Assembly: GCA_022825725.1 (NCBI GenBank)
Contig: JAJDWE010000055.1
Coordinates: 28,919 to 92,918, forward strand
Source: Gemmatimonadota bacterium
GTDB taxonomy: Bacteria > Gemmatimonadota > Gemmatimonadetes > Palauibacterales > Palauibacteraceae
Direction: 5' to 3'
DNA: 64,000 nt
Position 1 is the stretch's first letter, and each line of letters opens with the position of its first letter. Of this stretch, positions 46,796-56,221 are shown one piece after another. The notes beneath the pieces were generated by a model. The model saw nothing but the letters and a program-made list of their open reading frames with translations, did no database searches and was not told the origin of the DNA. Both the position numbers and the translations under genes were made by a program.

Positions 46796-48076
46796 TCAGC
46801 TGGAGGGCGTGATCCTCGCCCGAACGACGTACTGGACATCGAAGGCGTCGGTCGCGACGGCCCAGAACTCGTCGCCATGGACGACGGGCGGCAGGAACGG
46901 CAGGGGACTCAGCCCCGGAGAGGTCACCCGTCCGACGTAGACGCCGTCCGCCGAGAAGAGGTCCCAGGTGGCTTCCGAGCCGTTCGCGCTGGCCGAGGGC
47001 GTGCGAACCCAGATATTGCCTTCCACCGAGGTGAAGAGGTTGGCGATGGCGGGTTTGACGTCCGGGATTTTCGACCAGTCGCGGTCGGTGTCCGCACCCC
47101 GTTCGCGGAGGCGCTCCCGGATCCCTTCGATCGCCGCGTCACGATCTTCCCGCGTGACGGGGACATGAGGCTTCTGCGCAACGACGATCAGAGCCGTATC
47201 TCCAGTCAGGTGCTGCCGCCTGATGCGATAACCCGGCGGGTCAGCTTCGTGACCGCCTGCCCAGGCCATCCCCTCTCGGTCGTAGTACCGGACACCGCGG
47301 GGGTAGAAGGGTACGTTCATGAACCCCTGCCTGCGTCCGTCACCCGACTGCCAGGCGAAGCTGGAGGGAGTCCCGCGTCCCCTTCGCTGAAGGGCCTCCT
47401 CGGGAGTAATCCCCCTGCCGGGGTCGCTGGGCGCGGAGATCGACTCCACCAGCTCCATGTTCAGGTCGTACACCTCGAAACCCTGCCGCGATCGGGTGGG
47501 ACGAACGATGCGGCCAGCCGCCGTCATGGTTCCCTGCCAGATATAGCTGTAGAACGAGAAGTGGTAGCGGAAGGACTCCACGAACCCGTTATCGGGGTCG
47601 AACACCGACACGCGGTCGTTCGCCGGATCCGTGACCCAGATGCGGCCGCGCGGATCGAGCATGAGCCCGTGGGCGTCCCGGAGTTCCCCGGGGCCTTCTC
47701 CCTCTCCTCCGTGGGTCGCCCGGTGGGAGCCATCGGCCGCGAAGACGCGGACTTCCTGCGCCTGCGAGTCGAGGACGGCGAAGCCGCCGTCGGGGAGCAC
47801 GACGAGGCCCCTCAACTCGCCGAAAACGTCGGGACCGTCTCCGTCGAAGGATCCGACGCGCAGTTCCTCGACGAGCGTCCACGTCGCAGACGGATTGTGG
47901 GGGACTACGTTGGTAACGCGCTCAACGCCCGATGGCAGCGTCTCCCGGGTTGTGATTCCGCCGGTACTCCCCGGCCGCTCCTGGGCGTAGGCGGGTGCGA
48001 TCAGGGTCAGCCCCGCGATCGTGGTCGACAGGAGTGCGTTCGGGACTCTTCTCGAGGCGCACGCGGTTCCGGGCAT
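46796..48076 (-). CDS. secreted six-bladed β-propeller protein (NHL/TolB-like)
   Basis: Signal peptide MPGTACASRRVPNALLSTTIAGLTLIAPAYAQ (the Met at 48076; the ORF extends to 48166). Repeated blade-like motifs (LRGLVVLPDGGFAVLD, AHGLMLDPRGRIWVTDPANDRVSVFD). Confidence 0.55.
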   Translation of the reverse strand: MPGTACASRRVPNALLSTTIAGLTLIAPAYAQERPGSTGGITTRETLPSGVERVTNVVPHNPSATWTLVEELRVGSFDGDGPDVFGELRGLVVLPDGGFAVLDSQAQEVRVFAADGSHRATHGGEGEGPGELRDAHGLMLDPRGRIWVTDPANDRVSVFDPDNGFVESFRYHFSFYSYIWQGTMTAAGRIVRPTRSRQGFEVYDLNMELVESISAPSDPGRGITPEEALQRRGRGTPSSFAWQSGDGRRQGFMNVPFYPRGVRYYDREGMAWAGGHEADPPGYRIRRQHLTGDTALIVVAQKPHVPVTREDRDAAIEGIRERLRERGADTDRDWSKIPDVKPAIANLFTSVEGNIWVRTPSASANGSEATWDLFSADGVYVGRVTSPGLSPLPFLPPVVHGDEFWAVATDAFDVQYVVRARITPSS

Positions 48077-48215
48077 GCTCCATCTCCGGCTGAAGGTCTT
48101 CAACCCTCGTAACCGCCGACTCGCGATTGGGTCCCGCGCTGTCGGCGGGCGGCACGGGTCAGGCATCGAGAACGGGGCCGGCGATGGGCGCGGCCTCAGG
48201 GCGAGATCGGGTTGG

Positions 48216-48671
48216 TCAGCGGGGGGCGGCGCCGCGCGCGAGCCAGCCGTCCAGGCTGAGGCGGTCGTCCTCGTACAGGAGGAGGACGATGACGAGCAGG
48301 AGCGTGCGCGGGATCACGTGCGCGCTGAAGACGTAGAGGGGTTCGGCGAGCAGGTGGCCGAAGGTGACGAGGATGAGGACCCCGCCCAGCCCCAGCGCGG
48401 CGATCCGGCGCCGCCAGCCCGCCAGCATCAGCGCCCCGCAGACGAGTTCGATGAACGGGATCGCGACCCCGGCGGCCCACAGCGACCAGGTGGGAAGAAA
48501 CGTGTCGGCGTAGGCTTCCACGAACAGGCCCCGCGCGTGCTGGACGGCCCCGAGTTCGAACACCTTCCAGAACCCCGCCATGAAGAAGATGAGGCCGAGG
48601 ATCGTCCGCGCCGTGAACGCGGCCCAGCTCCTCGGCGCGAGCGCCTCTCCCGTGTCGGACTCCCGGTTCAT
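48216..48671 (-). CDS. DoxX-family membrane protein
   Basis: 151 aa with 4 TM helices (ILGLIFFMAGFWKV..., PTWSLWAAGVAIPFIELVCGALMLAGW, LGLGGVLILVTFGHLL, TLLLVIVLLLY). The ATG at 48671 was verified; the annotated 659-aa ORF is spurious upstream of it. Confidence 0.7.
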   Translation of the reverse strand: MNRESDTGEALAPRSWAAFTARTILGLIFFMAGFWKVFELGAVQHARGLFVEAYADTFLPTWSLWAAGVAIPFIELVCGALMLAGWRRRIAALGLGGVLILVTFGHLLAEPLYVFSAHVIPRTLLLVIVLLLYEDDRLSLDGWLARGAAPR

Positions 48672-48800
48672 GAATAAAAAGTATCCGGCGTCGGCCCGGT
48701 CGGCGACGCGGCCCGGGGCTCTTGCATCCCGTTTCGAACCGCTTAGATTGGCCGGTCCGATTTTCGGTTTTTCTTCGGTTTTTGGGTTTGGAAGAGTCGC

Positions 48801-50099
48801 ATGGACGCAGGTCGCGGGAGCCGGATGGCGCTCTGCCTCTGGTGGCCGGGGTTCGAACTGGAACTGGAGCGGGTCCGGACTCCGTCGCTCGCGGACCCGC
48901 CGCTCGCGCTGCCGACGGCGGGGGACCGCCGCCGCATCGAGATGGGGTGCGCGCTCGCGGCCTCCTTCGGGGTCGAGCCGGGGATGATCGTCTCGCAGGC
49001 GATCGCGCTCTGCCCTTCGCTCGTCCTCTGCGAACCGGATCCGGATTTCCACGACGCGGCGCGCGACCGGATCGCGGAAGTCCTCCGCGGCTGGAGTCCG
49101 GTCGTTGAGCGCTCGGCCGAGCGGGGACGGTTCTTCGTGGGGGTCGACGGACTCGAACGACTGTACGGTCCGCCGGAGCGTCAGATCGCGGGGCTCCGGG
49201 CGAAGCTCGAGGCGCTGTCGCCGTGGCTCGCGGCGAGCGCCCGGATCGGCTGCGCGCCGGGGAAGTTCGCGGCCTGGGTCGCGGCGCGGTCGGCGGAGCC
49301 TGTCCGGCCGGCGGGGTCGGCGGGCTCCGGTCGGCCGGGCGCGGCCGTCTGCGTGGCACCGGCCGACCTCGCCGCGTTTCTGGCCCCGCAGCCGGTCGAT
49401 GTGCTGCCGGTGTCGCCGCGCATGGTCGAGCGGCTGAAGCGGCTCGGGGTCGAGCGGCTGGCGGGGATCGCGCGCATGCCCGAGCCGGCGCTCGTGTCGC
49501 AGTTCGGGGCCGATGGGCGCCGGGCGCTCGCCTGGGCGCGGGGGACGCGCATCGACCGTGTGCGGCCGGAGGCGCCGGCCCGGCCGATTCGCGTCGCGCT
49601 CGACTTTCCGAGCCCGATCGGGCAGCTCGAACTGCTGCACGCCGCGCTCGACCGGCTCATCGGCCGCGCGCTCGCGCATCCGCGGCGGCGAGGCAAGAGC
49701 GTCCGGGGGCTCAGGGTGTCGGCGAGCCTCGAGGATGGAGGCTCCTGGTCCATTCGCGCGATTGCCCGGGAACCCACGAGCGAGCCGACACGGATCGGGG
49801 CGTTCCTCCGCTCGCGGATCGCGCTCGACCGGCCCCGCCGCGCGGTCGAGACGTTGCGGCTCGAACTCTTCCGCTTCGGCCCGGCGAGCGCGCAGACCGG
49901 GCTCTTCGACCCGAAGGCCGGCGCGCCCCGCGCCTTCGGTTCGCTGGAGACGAAGGATGGCGAGCTGCTGCCCCCGTTCCGGCGCGCGGCGCGCGTACTG
50001 CGGTTGCGGCTGGGCGCCGCCGCGCTGTACCGGGTGCTCGAACTCGAGCCGAACTCCCGGCTCCCCGAGCGCCGGCACGCGCTCATGGAAATCGCGTAG
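48801..50099 (+). CDS. imuB: ImuB, Y-family-polymerase-like mutasome subunit (catalytically inactive type)
   Basis: UmuC/DinB-like fold (LCLWWPGFELE... at the N-terminus, little-finger region). It sits immediately upstream of dnaE2, and the conserved ImuB C-terminal domain is in the next ORF. Confidence 0.75.
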   Translation: MDAGRGSRMALCLWWPGFELELERVRTPSLADPPLALPTAGDRRRIEMGCALAASFGVEPGMIVSQAIALCPSLVLCEPDPDFHDAARDRIAEVLRGWSPVVERSAERGRFFVGVDGLERLYGPPERQIAGLRAKLEALSPWLAASARIGCAPGKFAAWVAARSAEPVRPAGSAGSGRPGAAVCVAPADLAAFLAPQPVDVLPVSPRMVERLKRLGVERLAGIARMPEPALVSQFGADGRRALAWARGTRIDRVRPEAPARPIRVALDFPSPIGQLELLHAALDRLIGRALAHPRRRGKSVRGLRVSASLEDGGSWSIRAIAREPTSEPTRIGAFLRSRIALDRPRRAVETLRLELFRFGPASAQTGLFDPKAGAPRAFGSLETKDGELLPPFRRAARVLRLRLGAAALYRVLELEPNSRLPERRHALMEIA

Positions 50100-50124
50100 C
50101 AGCCGTGGCAGAAGCTGGTGACCC

Positions 50125-50427
50125 ATGGCGAAACCCGGCGTGACACCGAGGTCGCGGAAGCCTAAGCCGCCCGCGGGGAAGCTGCGGCCGCTCAACCGCC
50201 CGCGGCCGGTGCGGGTCCGGCTCGGCGGCGCCGGGGTGCCCGTGAGCCTCGAAATCCGGGGGCGCTGGCGACGGATCGGCGACGTGTTCGACCAGTGGCG
50301 GATCGATGACGAGTGGTGGAGGGAACCGATCTCGCGCGTCTACTTCTCGATCGTGCTCGAGAACGGCGCCCACCTCACGGCGTACCACGATCTGATGCTG
50401 GATCGCTGGTTCCTGCAGCCGGAATAG
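50125..50427 (+). CDS. ImuB C-terminal domain encoded as a separate +1-frame ORF
   Basis: Pro/Arg-rich linker then VRVRLGGAGVPVSLEIRGRWRRIGDVFDQWRIDDEWWREPISRVYFSIVLENGAHLTAYHDLMLDRWFLQ, which matches the conserved C-terminal domain normally fused to ImuB. An in-frame TGA lies 4 nt before its ATG. Either a real split or an indel. Confidence 0.6.
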   Translation: MAKPGVTPRSRKPKPPAGKLRPLNRPRPVRVRLGGAGVPVSLEIRGRWRRIGDVFDQWRIDDEWWREPISRVYFSIVLENGAHLTAYHDLMLDRWFLQPE

Positions 50428-50431
50428 CGCC

Positions 50432-53400
50432 GTGGACGCCCGGCCGCGCGTGACCCCCCGGAGCAGCGTCGACTACGTCGAACTGCACGCGCACTCCGCC
50501 TACTCCTTTCTCGATGGGGCGTCGCGGCCGGAGGAACTCGCGGCGCGCGCGCTCGAACTGGACTATCCCGCGCTCGCGCTCACCGACCACGACGGGCTCT
50601 ACGGCTCGATGGAGTTCGCGCAGTTCGCCCGCGCCCACGGACTCCAGCCGATCACGGGCGCCGAACTCACCCTCGCCTCGCCGTTCGCCGCCGGAGACGT
50701 TCCCGCGGGAACGTCCGGAGGCTGCGCGCCGGCGGGACGGGCGGCGGAAACGGCCGACTGCCACGTCACGGTGCTGGCGGAGAGCGCGGCGGGATACGCG
50801 AACCTGTGCCGGCTCATCACCCGGGCGCACATGGAGAGTCCGCGCGGGGAACCCCGGCTCGACCTCGACGCGCTCCTCGAGCGGCCCGAGGGACTCATCC
50901 TCCTCACGGGGTGCCGCCGGAGTCCCCTTCTCACGGCGCTCGAACGGGGGACGGACGAAGCCGAGCGACTGGCGGGCCGCCTGCGCGACGCCTTCGGTCC
51001 CGGCAGCCTCTTCGTCGAACTCCAGAACAACGCGGTCCACGGCGACCTCGCGCGCGGCCGGGCGCTGAGCGCGCTGGCCGACCGGCTCCGCATCCCGGTC
51101 GTGGCCACGGGCAACGTCCACTACCACGTCGCCGACCGGCACCGTCTCCAGGACATCCTGGTCGCGATCCGGAACCGGACGACGGTCGACGATTCGCACG
51201 ACCTCCGCCGCCCCAACGCCTGCTTCCATCTCGCCTCGCCCCGGGAGATGGCGTGGCGCTTCGCGTCGCGGCCCGACGCGCTCCGCAACACGCGCGCGAT
51301 CGCCGAGCGCTGCCGGGCGTTCGATCTCACGGCCGATCTCGGCTACCGCTTCCCCGATTTCAAGGGGAGCGGCTTCGCCCCCGCCATGCGCGTACTCCAC
51401 CAGGTCTGCCACAGAGCGTTCGAGGTCCGCTACCCCCCCGGCAGCCGATACCGCCGCGAAGCCGAGGAACGGCTCGCCACCGAACTCGCGCTCGTCGACC
51501 GCCATGACCTGGCCGGGTTCTTCCTCGTCTATCACGACATCCTCGAACTCGCCCGGGAGGTCGCGCACCGCGTGCGGGGCGACTCGATGCCGCGCCAACT
51601 GCTCCCCCCCGGCCGCGGTCGCGGGTCCTCGGTCTCCTCCATCATCTGTTATCTGATCGGACTCTCCCACGTGGATCCGGTGCGGACGAACCTCTTTCTC
51701 GGCCGGTTCCTGAACGACGCCATGGAGAGCGTCCCGGACATCGACATCGACTTTGCGCGCGATATTCGCGAGGAACTGATCCTCGCGGTCTACGAGTGCT
51801 ACGGGTACGACCACGTCGGGCTCGTGTGCACCTTCCCCACCTACCGCACGCGCTCGATCGTGCGCGAACTGGGCAAGGCGCTCAGCCTCCCGGTCGGCGA
51901 CGTGGAAAAGCTGGCCAAGCTCGCCGAACCCGGAGAGGACGGGTTCATGGCCGAACTCGAGCGCATTCCCGGCCTCGAGGCGCGCGCGAACTCGCGGATC
52001 TGGCGGGCCTTCGCCGAACTGGCCGAGGAGATCAAGGGGCTCCCGCGGCACATCTCCCAGCATGTGGGCGGGATGATCATCTCGAGCCGGCCGCTGGTGG
52101 AGATCGTCCCGCTCGAGCCCGCCGCGTGGGAGGGGCGCGTCCTCTGCCAGTGGGACAAGGACTCCTGCGACGATGCGAGGTTCATCAAGATCGACTTTCT
52201 CGCGCTCGGAATGCTGTCGCTCGTCGAGGAGGCGGTGGAGACGATCCACGCGCGCCACGGCGAGGCCCCCGACCTCTCCCGCATCGACTACGAGGACGAG
52301 AGGATCTACGACCGCATCTGTTCGGGGGACACGGTGGGCCTCTTCCAGGTCGAGAGTCGCGCGCAGATCCAGATGCTGCGGCGGGTGCGGCCCCGGAACC
52401 TGGGCGACCTCGCGGTCCAGGTCGCGATCGTCCGGCCGGGTCCGATCGTCGGCGGGGCGGTCAACCCCTACGTCCGGCGGCGCGAGCAGCTGCGCAGGGA
52501 CCCGGACTATGTCGTCCCCTACGACCATCCGCTGCTCGAGGAAGTGCTCGGCGAGACGCTGGGCGTGATCATCTTCCAGGACCAGGTGCTGCAGGTGTGC
52601 AAGGCGCTCGCGGGCTTCAGCGACGGGCAGGCCGAGGGACTGCGGCGCGCCATGAGCCGCAAGCGCTCGCGCGAGGCGCTGCTGGGGTACTGGACGACGT
52701 TCCGGGACGGCGCGGCGGCGAAGGGGGTCGGCGGCCCCACGGCGAAGAAAGTGTTCGAGCAGGTCGTCGCGTTCTCGGAATTCGGGTTCCCGAAGTCGCA
52801 CGCGGTGGCGTTCGGGCTCCTCGCCTTCCAGTCCGCCTGGCTCCGCGACCGCTACCCGGCCGAGTACTACGTGGGGCTCTTCAACAACCAGCCGATGGGG
52901 TTCTATTCACTCGACGCGATCGGGCGCGACGCGCGCCGGCACGGGGTCGGCGTCCTGCTGCCGGATCTGAACGTCAGCCGGGTCGCCTGCACCGCCGAGG
53001 GGGACGATGTCCGGATCGGGCTCGGCATGGTCCGCGACTGGGGGACGGAGGCGGCCGAACTCGTGGTGGCCGAGCGCGAGCGCGGCGGACCGTTCGCGTC
53101 GCTGCCCGACTTTCTGCGCCGCACCCCGGCCGCGCTCAAGCGGGCCGCGATCGAGAACCTGATCTGGGTCGGGGGGCTCGACTCGCTGGGGATCGAACGC
53201 CGCGACCTGCTGTGGCAGACGGGGCTCTGGCTGGGTCCGGAGGCCGAGACGGAGGCGGAGCGCCGACGCCGCGAACTCGCGACGAACGCCGCGGGGCTGG
53301 GCGGGGACGCGTCGCCCGTCCGCGGACGGCGAAGCGCCGACCGCTCGGACCAGGGCCAGATCGAACTCGCGCTCGACGACCCCTGTGCGGATCTGCGGTT

Positions 53401-54046
53401 CGCGGGCACGCACGACATGGAGAAGATGATCGCGGAGTACCGCATCCTCTCCCTCGCCGCCTCGCTCCATCATCCGTTCGCGCTCGTGGGGGACCACCTG
53501 CCCGAGCGCACGGTCTCCTCGGCGCGCTTCCCCGATCTCCCCAACGGGAGCCGGGTCCGAGCGGCGGGGATCGTGGTGGCCCGCCAGCGCCCGCACACGG
53601 CCCGTGGATACATCTTCATCCTCATGGAGGACGAGTTCGGACCCATCAACGCGATCGTGAGGCCCGAGGTCTATCGGGAGTGTCGCGCCGCGATCCGCCT
53701 CGAACCCTTCCTCTACATCGATGGCGCGCTTCAGAAGGACGGCGCGACGTACAACGTGCTCGCCGAGGGGGTGTATCCCCTGCGCCTGAGTCCCGAACTC
53801 CGGCTGAGTCGCGAGACGGTCCCCGCCGTGGAGGGAGAGGCGGACACCGCGCCTGCTCCAATCGACCTGGACCCGGAGCCGGATCCTCTGACCCCCGCCC
53901 CGAACCGGATTCCGGCCGGCCATCGGATCGCGGCTGCGACCAACCGGAATCGGCTCGCCGAGCCGGATCCGTTCGCATATCTGGAAGCGCTGAGACGCGA
54001 CCCGCCCCCCACCATGAGCTGGGGCCGCGGCGGCGGCTGCCGTTGA
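50432..54046 (+). CDS. dnaE2: error-prone DNA polymerase DnaE2 (ImuC)
   Basis: PHP domain (VELHAHSAYSFLDGASRPEEL...ALTDHDGLYG), Pol III α core (ISQHVGGMIISS, PDIDIDF) and an OB domain. 1204 aa. Confidence 0.9.
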   Translation: MDARPRVTPRSSVDYVELHAHSAYSFLDGASRPEELAARALELDYPALALTDHDGLYGSMEFAQFARAHGLQPITGAELTLASPFAAGDVPAGTSGGCAPAGRAAETADCHVTVLAESAAGYANLCRLITRAHMESPRGEPRLDLDALLERPEGLILLTGCRRSPLLTALERGTDEAERLAGRLRDAFGPGSLFVELQNNAVHGDLARGRALSALADRLRIPVVATGNVHYHVADRHRLQDILVAIRNRTTVDDSHDLRRPNACFHLASPREMAWRFASRPDALRNTRAIAERCRAFDLTADLGYRFPDFKGSGFAPAMRVLHQVCHRAFEVRYPPGSRYRREAEERLATELALVDRHDLAGFFLVYHDILELAREVAHRVRGDSMPRQLLPPGRGRGSSVSSIICYLIGLSHVDPVRTNLFLGRFLNDAMESVPDIDIDFARDIREELILAVYECYGYDHVGLVCTFPTYRTRSIVRELGKALSLPVGDVEKLAKLAEPGEDGFMAELERIPGLEARANSRIWRAFAELAEEIKGLPRHISQHVGGMIISSRPLVEIVPLEPAAWEGRVLCQWDKDSCDDARFIKIDFLALGMLSLVEEAVETIHARHGEAPDLSRIDYEDERIYDRICSGDTVGLFQVESRAQIQMLRRVRPRNLGDLAVQVAIVRPGPIVGGAVNPYVRRREQLRRDPDYVVPYDHPLLEEVLGETLGVIIFQDQVLQVCKALAGFSDGQAEGLRRAMSRKRSREALLGYWTTFRDGAAAKGVGGPTAKKVFEQVVAFSEFGFPKSHAVAFGLLAFQSAWLRDRYPAEYYVGLFNNQPMGFYSLDAIGRDARRHGVGVLLPDLNVSRVACTAEGDDVRIGLGMVRDWGTEAAELVVAERERGGPFASLPDFLRRTPAALKRAAIENLIWVGGLDSLGIERRDLLWQTGLWLGPEAETEAERRRRELATNAAGLGGDASPVRGRRSADRSDQGQIELALDDPCADLRFAGTHDMEKMIAEYRILSLAASLHHPFALVGDHLPERTVSSARFPDLPNGSRVRAAGIVVARQRPHTARGYIFILMEDEFGPINAIVRPEVYRECRAAIRLEPFLYIDGALQKDGATYNVLAEGVYPLRLSPELRLSRETVPAVEGEADTAPAPIDLDPEPDPLTPAPNRIPAGHRIAAATNRNRLAEPDPFAYLEALRRDPPPTMSWGRGGGCR

Positions 54047-54074
54047 TGCCTACAGGCGCGGCTGGCGGAGCATC

Positions 54075-54103
54075 TTCGCATGACAACGTGGATCACGTAT
54101 AGT
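54075..54103 (+). promoter_or_regulatory. sigma-70-like promoter (TTCGCA-17-TATAGT) placing the TSS about 2-9 nt before the ATG of the FGE-domain gene (leaderless or near-leaderless)
   Basis: A local AT-rich island in a 70% GC background. The -10 TATAGT lies at 54098-54103 and the -35-like TTCGCA at 54075-54080 (17-nt spacer). The start codon is at 54112 with no Shine-Dalgarno sequence. Confidence 0.35.
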
Positions 54104-54111
54104 TTTAGCTA

Positions 54112-55488
54112 ATGCCGCAGCAAAGCCTTGTCGTCGGGGCCGTCGCGCACGCGGCGGCGGGTCTCATGCTGTTCGCCGGGAGCGTTCCGGCCAGCGCGCA
54201 GTCCGAGGCGGGGACGGTGGTGTGCGTCGGAAGCGAGCTGTCCACGCCGCGGACACCGGATCCCGACCGCCGCTTCGGCTGGGAGGGCATGGCCGTCGTC
54301 TACCGGTCCGATGTGGCGCTCGCCTACCGGGTCGGCGTCCCGCTCGATGGCCGGCAGCGTGTGGAACGAGCCCTGCGCTCGGAACTCGGCGACCACCCGG
54401 AAGTTTCGTGTATCTGGTCGAACCGGGGTGACCATCACGTCGCGATCATCAGGTATACGTCGGCGATCCGTCTCGCCCCGACGTCGGATCCGGACGGCTC
54501 CGTGTTCGAGCGCCTTGCCATCGGATTCGGGGCGAGCGCGGAGGCGGCCGAGACGAACGCGACGACCGGCAACGATCATTTCGCGAGGTATTACGACGGG
54601 GGCGGCTACGAAGTCCTCGCCCGGGAGAGCTGGGGCGTCGAGGAAGGCGGCGCGGCGCCCGGGACGGCGGACCGGCCCCCGGCACAGGTATTCGAGGTGT
54701 TCGCCACGTTCCGCGACTGCGCGTTCTGTCCGGAGCTGGTCGTGGTGCCGCCGGGAACGTTCACGATGGGCTCCCCGGAGTCGGAGGAGTTCCGGGGAGC
54801 CGTCGAAGGTCCGCAGCACTCGGTGACGATCGGGGCTCCATTCGCGGTCGGGGTGCATGAAGTCACATTCGCGGAGTGGGACGCGTGCGTGCGGATGGGA
54901 GGGTGCCGCTACACGCCGGCCGACCGGCGCTGGGGCCGCGAGCGTCGTCCGGTGATCCACGTGAGTTGGGAGGACGCGCAGGCGTACGTGTCGTGGCTTT
55001 CGGGACTGACGGGACAGCGGTACCGGCTTCCGAGCGAGGCGGAGTGGGAGTACGTGGCGCGGGCCGGCACGGTGACGGCCCGGCATTGGGGGGAGGACTT
55101 GTCGGACCTGTGCCGCTACGCGAACGGCGCCGCGCGGCGCCCCGGGCGGCTCCGGGTCGCGGGTCTCTCCGGCTACGTGGCCGACGGACCGTGTGCCGAC
55201 GACTACGGAACCACGGCGCCGGTGGGGTCCTTCGCGCCGAACGCGTTCGGGCTGTACGACGTGCTGGGGAACGTGTCGGAGTGGACGCAGGACTGCTGGA
55301 ACGACAGCTACGCGGGCGCGCCGACGGATGGGAGCGCCTGGGAATCCGGGGACTGCGACCGTCGCGTCCTCCGCGGCGGATCCTGGTTCGTCACCGCGTG
55401 GTTCCTCCGCTCGGCCAACCGGTCCGGAAATCTCCCCGACGCCAGGGACATGTACTACGGATTCCGCGTGGCCCGGACGCTCCCCTGA
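54112..55488 (+). CDS. formylglycine-generating-enzyme (FGE/SUMF1) domain protein with a novel N-terminal domain
   Basis: Signal peptide (AAGLMLFAGSVPASAQS). An unknown N-terminal domain of about 200 aa. C-terminal FGE-sulfatase domain (FTMGSPESEE..., HRLPSEAEWEYVARAG, RVLRGGSWF, YGFRVAR). Confidence 0.75.
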   Translation: MPQQSLVVGAVAHAAAGLMLFAGSVPASAQSEAGTVVCVGSELSTPRTPDPDRRFGWEGMAVVYRSDVALAYRVGVPLDGRQRVERALRSELGDHPEVSCIWSNRGDHHVAIIRYTSAIRLAPTSDPDGSVFERLAIGFGASAEAAETNATTGNDHFARYYDGGGYEVLARESWGVEEGGAAPGTADRPPAQVFEVFATFRDCAFCPELVVVPPGTFTMGSPESEEFRGAVEGPQHSVTIGAPFAVGVHEVTFAEWDACVRMGGCRYTPADRRWGRERRPVIHVSWEDAQAYVSWLSGLTGQRYRLPSEAEWEYVARAGTVTARHWGEDLSDLCRYANGAARRPGRLRVAGLSGYVADGPCADDYGTTAPVGSFAPNAFGLYDVLGNVSEWTQDCWNDSYAGAPTDGSAWESGDCDRRVLRGGSWFVTAWFLRSANRSGNLPDARDMYYGFRVARTLP

Positions 55489-55525
55489 CGTCGTACGGCA
55501 TCGCCGAGCCGCGTCGTGGAGGAGG

Positions 55526-56221
55526 TCAGGTACCGGGCGTAGCTTCGAGCGTTTCCAGCCAGCGATAGCCGTGGGTCGGGACGTTCGGCGACCCGGTCAT
55601 GCCTTCGGGGAACATGTCGAACCTCTCGACGCGCAGGCGGTAGTCGACTTCGTGCCGAGGCTGGAAGCCCACGATCTCGCCGCGGTAGGGGGCGCCGTTG
55701 ACGACCTTGCAGTAACCCGGATGGCCGTCGCCGCACTCCACCCGATGGCGCTCGACCGAGATCTCCTCTTCGGTACCGGCTGCCATGGTCCTGGAGACGA
55801 CCTCGCTCGCCACGTACCGGCCATCGCCATACCGGCTGGTTTCCAGGAGGTAGTGGTAGCCGCCCTCGTATTCGAAACTGTTGATGAGGTCGTCGTACGG
55901 CGCGCCATCCACCACCGGGCAGAAATCATCGCTCCGGGCGCATATGACCCGCGCGGGACCCACCGAGAGGGTTGCAGGGGTGGATGGCGCCGGGGTCTTC
56001 TCCAGTTGCTCCAGCAGGCGGTATGCGTACGCGCCGGCGTCCTGCGGCGGTTCTTCCCCATCCCACGGATCGTACTTGCCGACCCGAAGTCGATAGTCGT
56101 AGCCGGCCTCGTACTCGAATCCCTCGATTCCGTCGTAGAACAACCCGCCGTCGACCACCATGCACGACCGCAGGCCCACGCCGTAACACTTGGCGAGGGT
56201 GGGGCCGACGGTCATCTCCAC
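55526..56221 (-). CDS. DUF4377 triple-repeat protein, probable lipoprotein. The true start lies upstream (non-canonical; see findings).
   Basis: Three repeats of C..V.G.PY..I.GFEYE.GY.Y.L.V. The annotated start is a GTG. The in-frame upstream sequence encodes RSFAFVLLPALVLAGCGG (signal plus lipobox) back to a TGA at 56336-56338, with no ATG/GTG/TTG. Confidence 0.6.
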   Translation of the reverse strand: MEMTVGPTLAKCYGVGLRSCMVVDGGLFYDGIEGFEYEAGYDYRLRVGKYDPWDGEEPPQDAGAYAYRLLEQLEKTPAPSTPATLSVGPARVICARSDDFCPVVDGAPYDDLINSFEYEGGYHYLLETSRYGDGRYVASEVVSRTMAAGTEEEISVERHRVECGDGHPGYCKVVNGAPYRGEIVGFQPRHEVDYRLRVERFDMFPEGMTGSPNVPTHGYRWLETLEATPGT

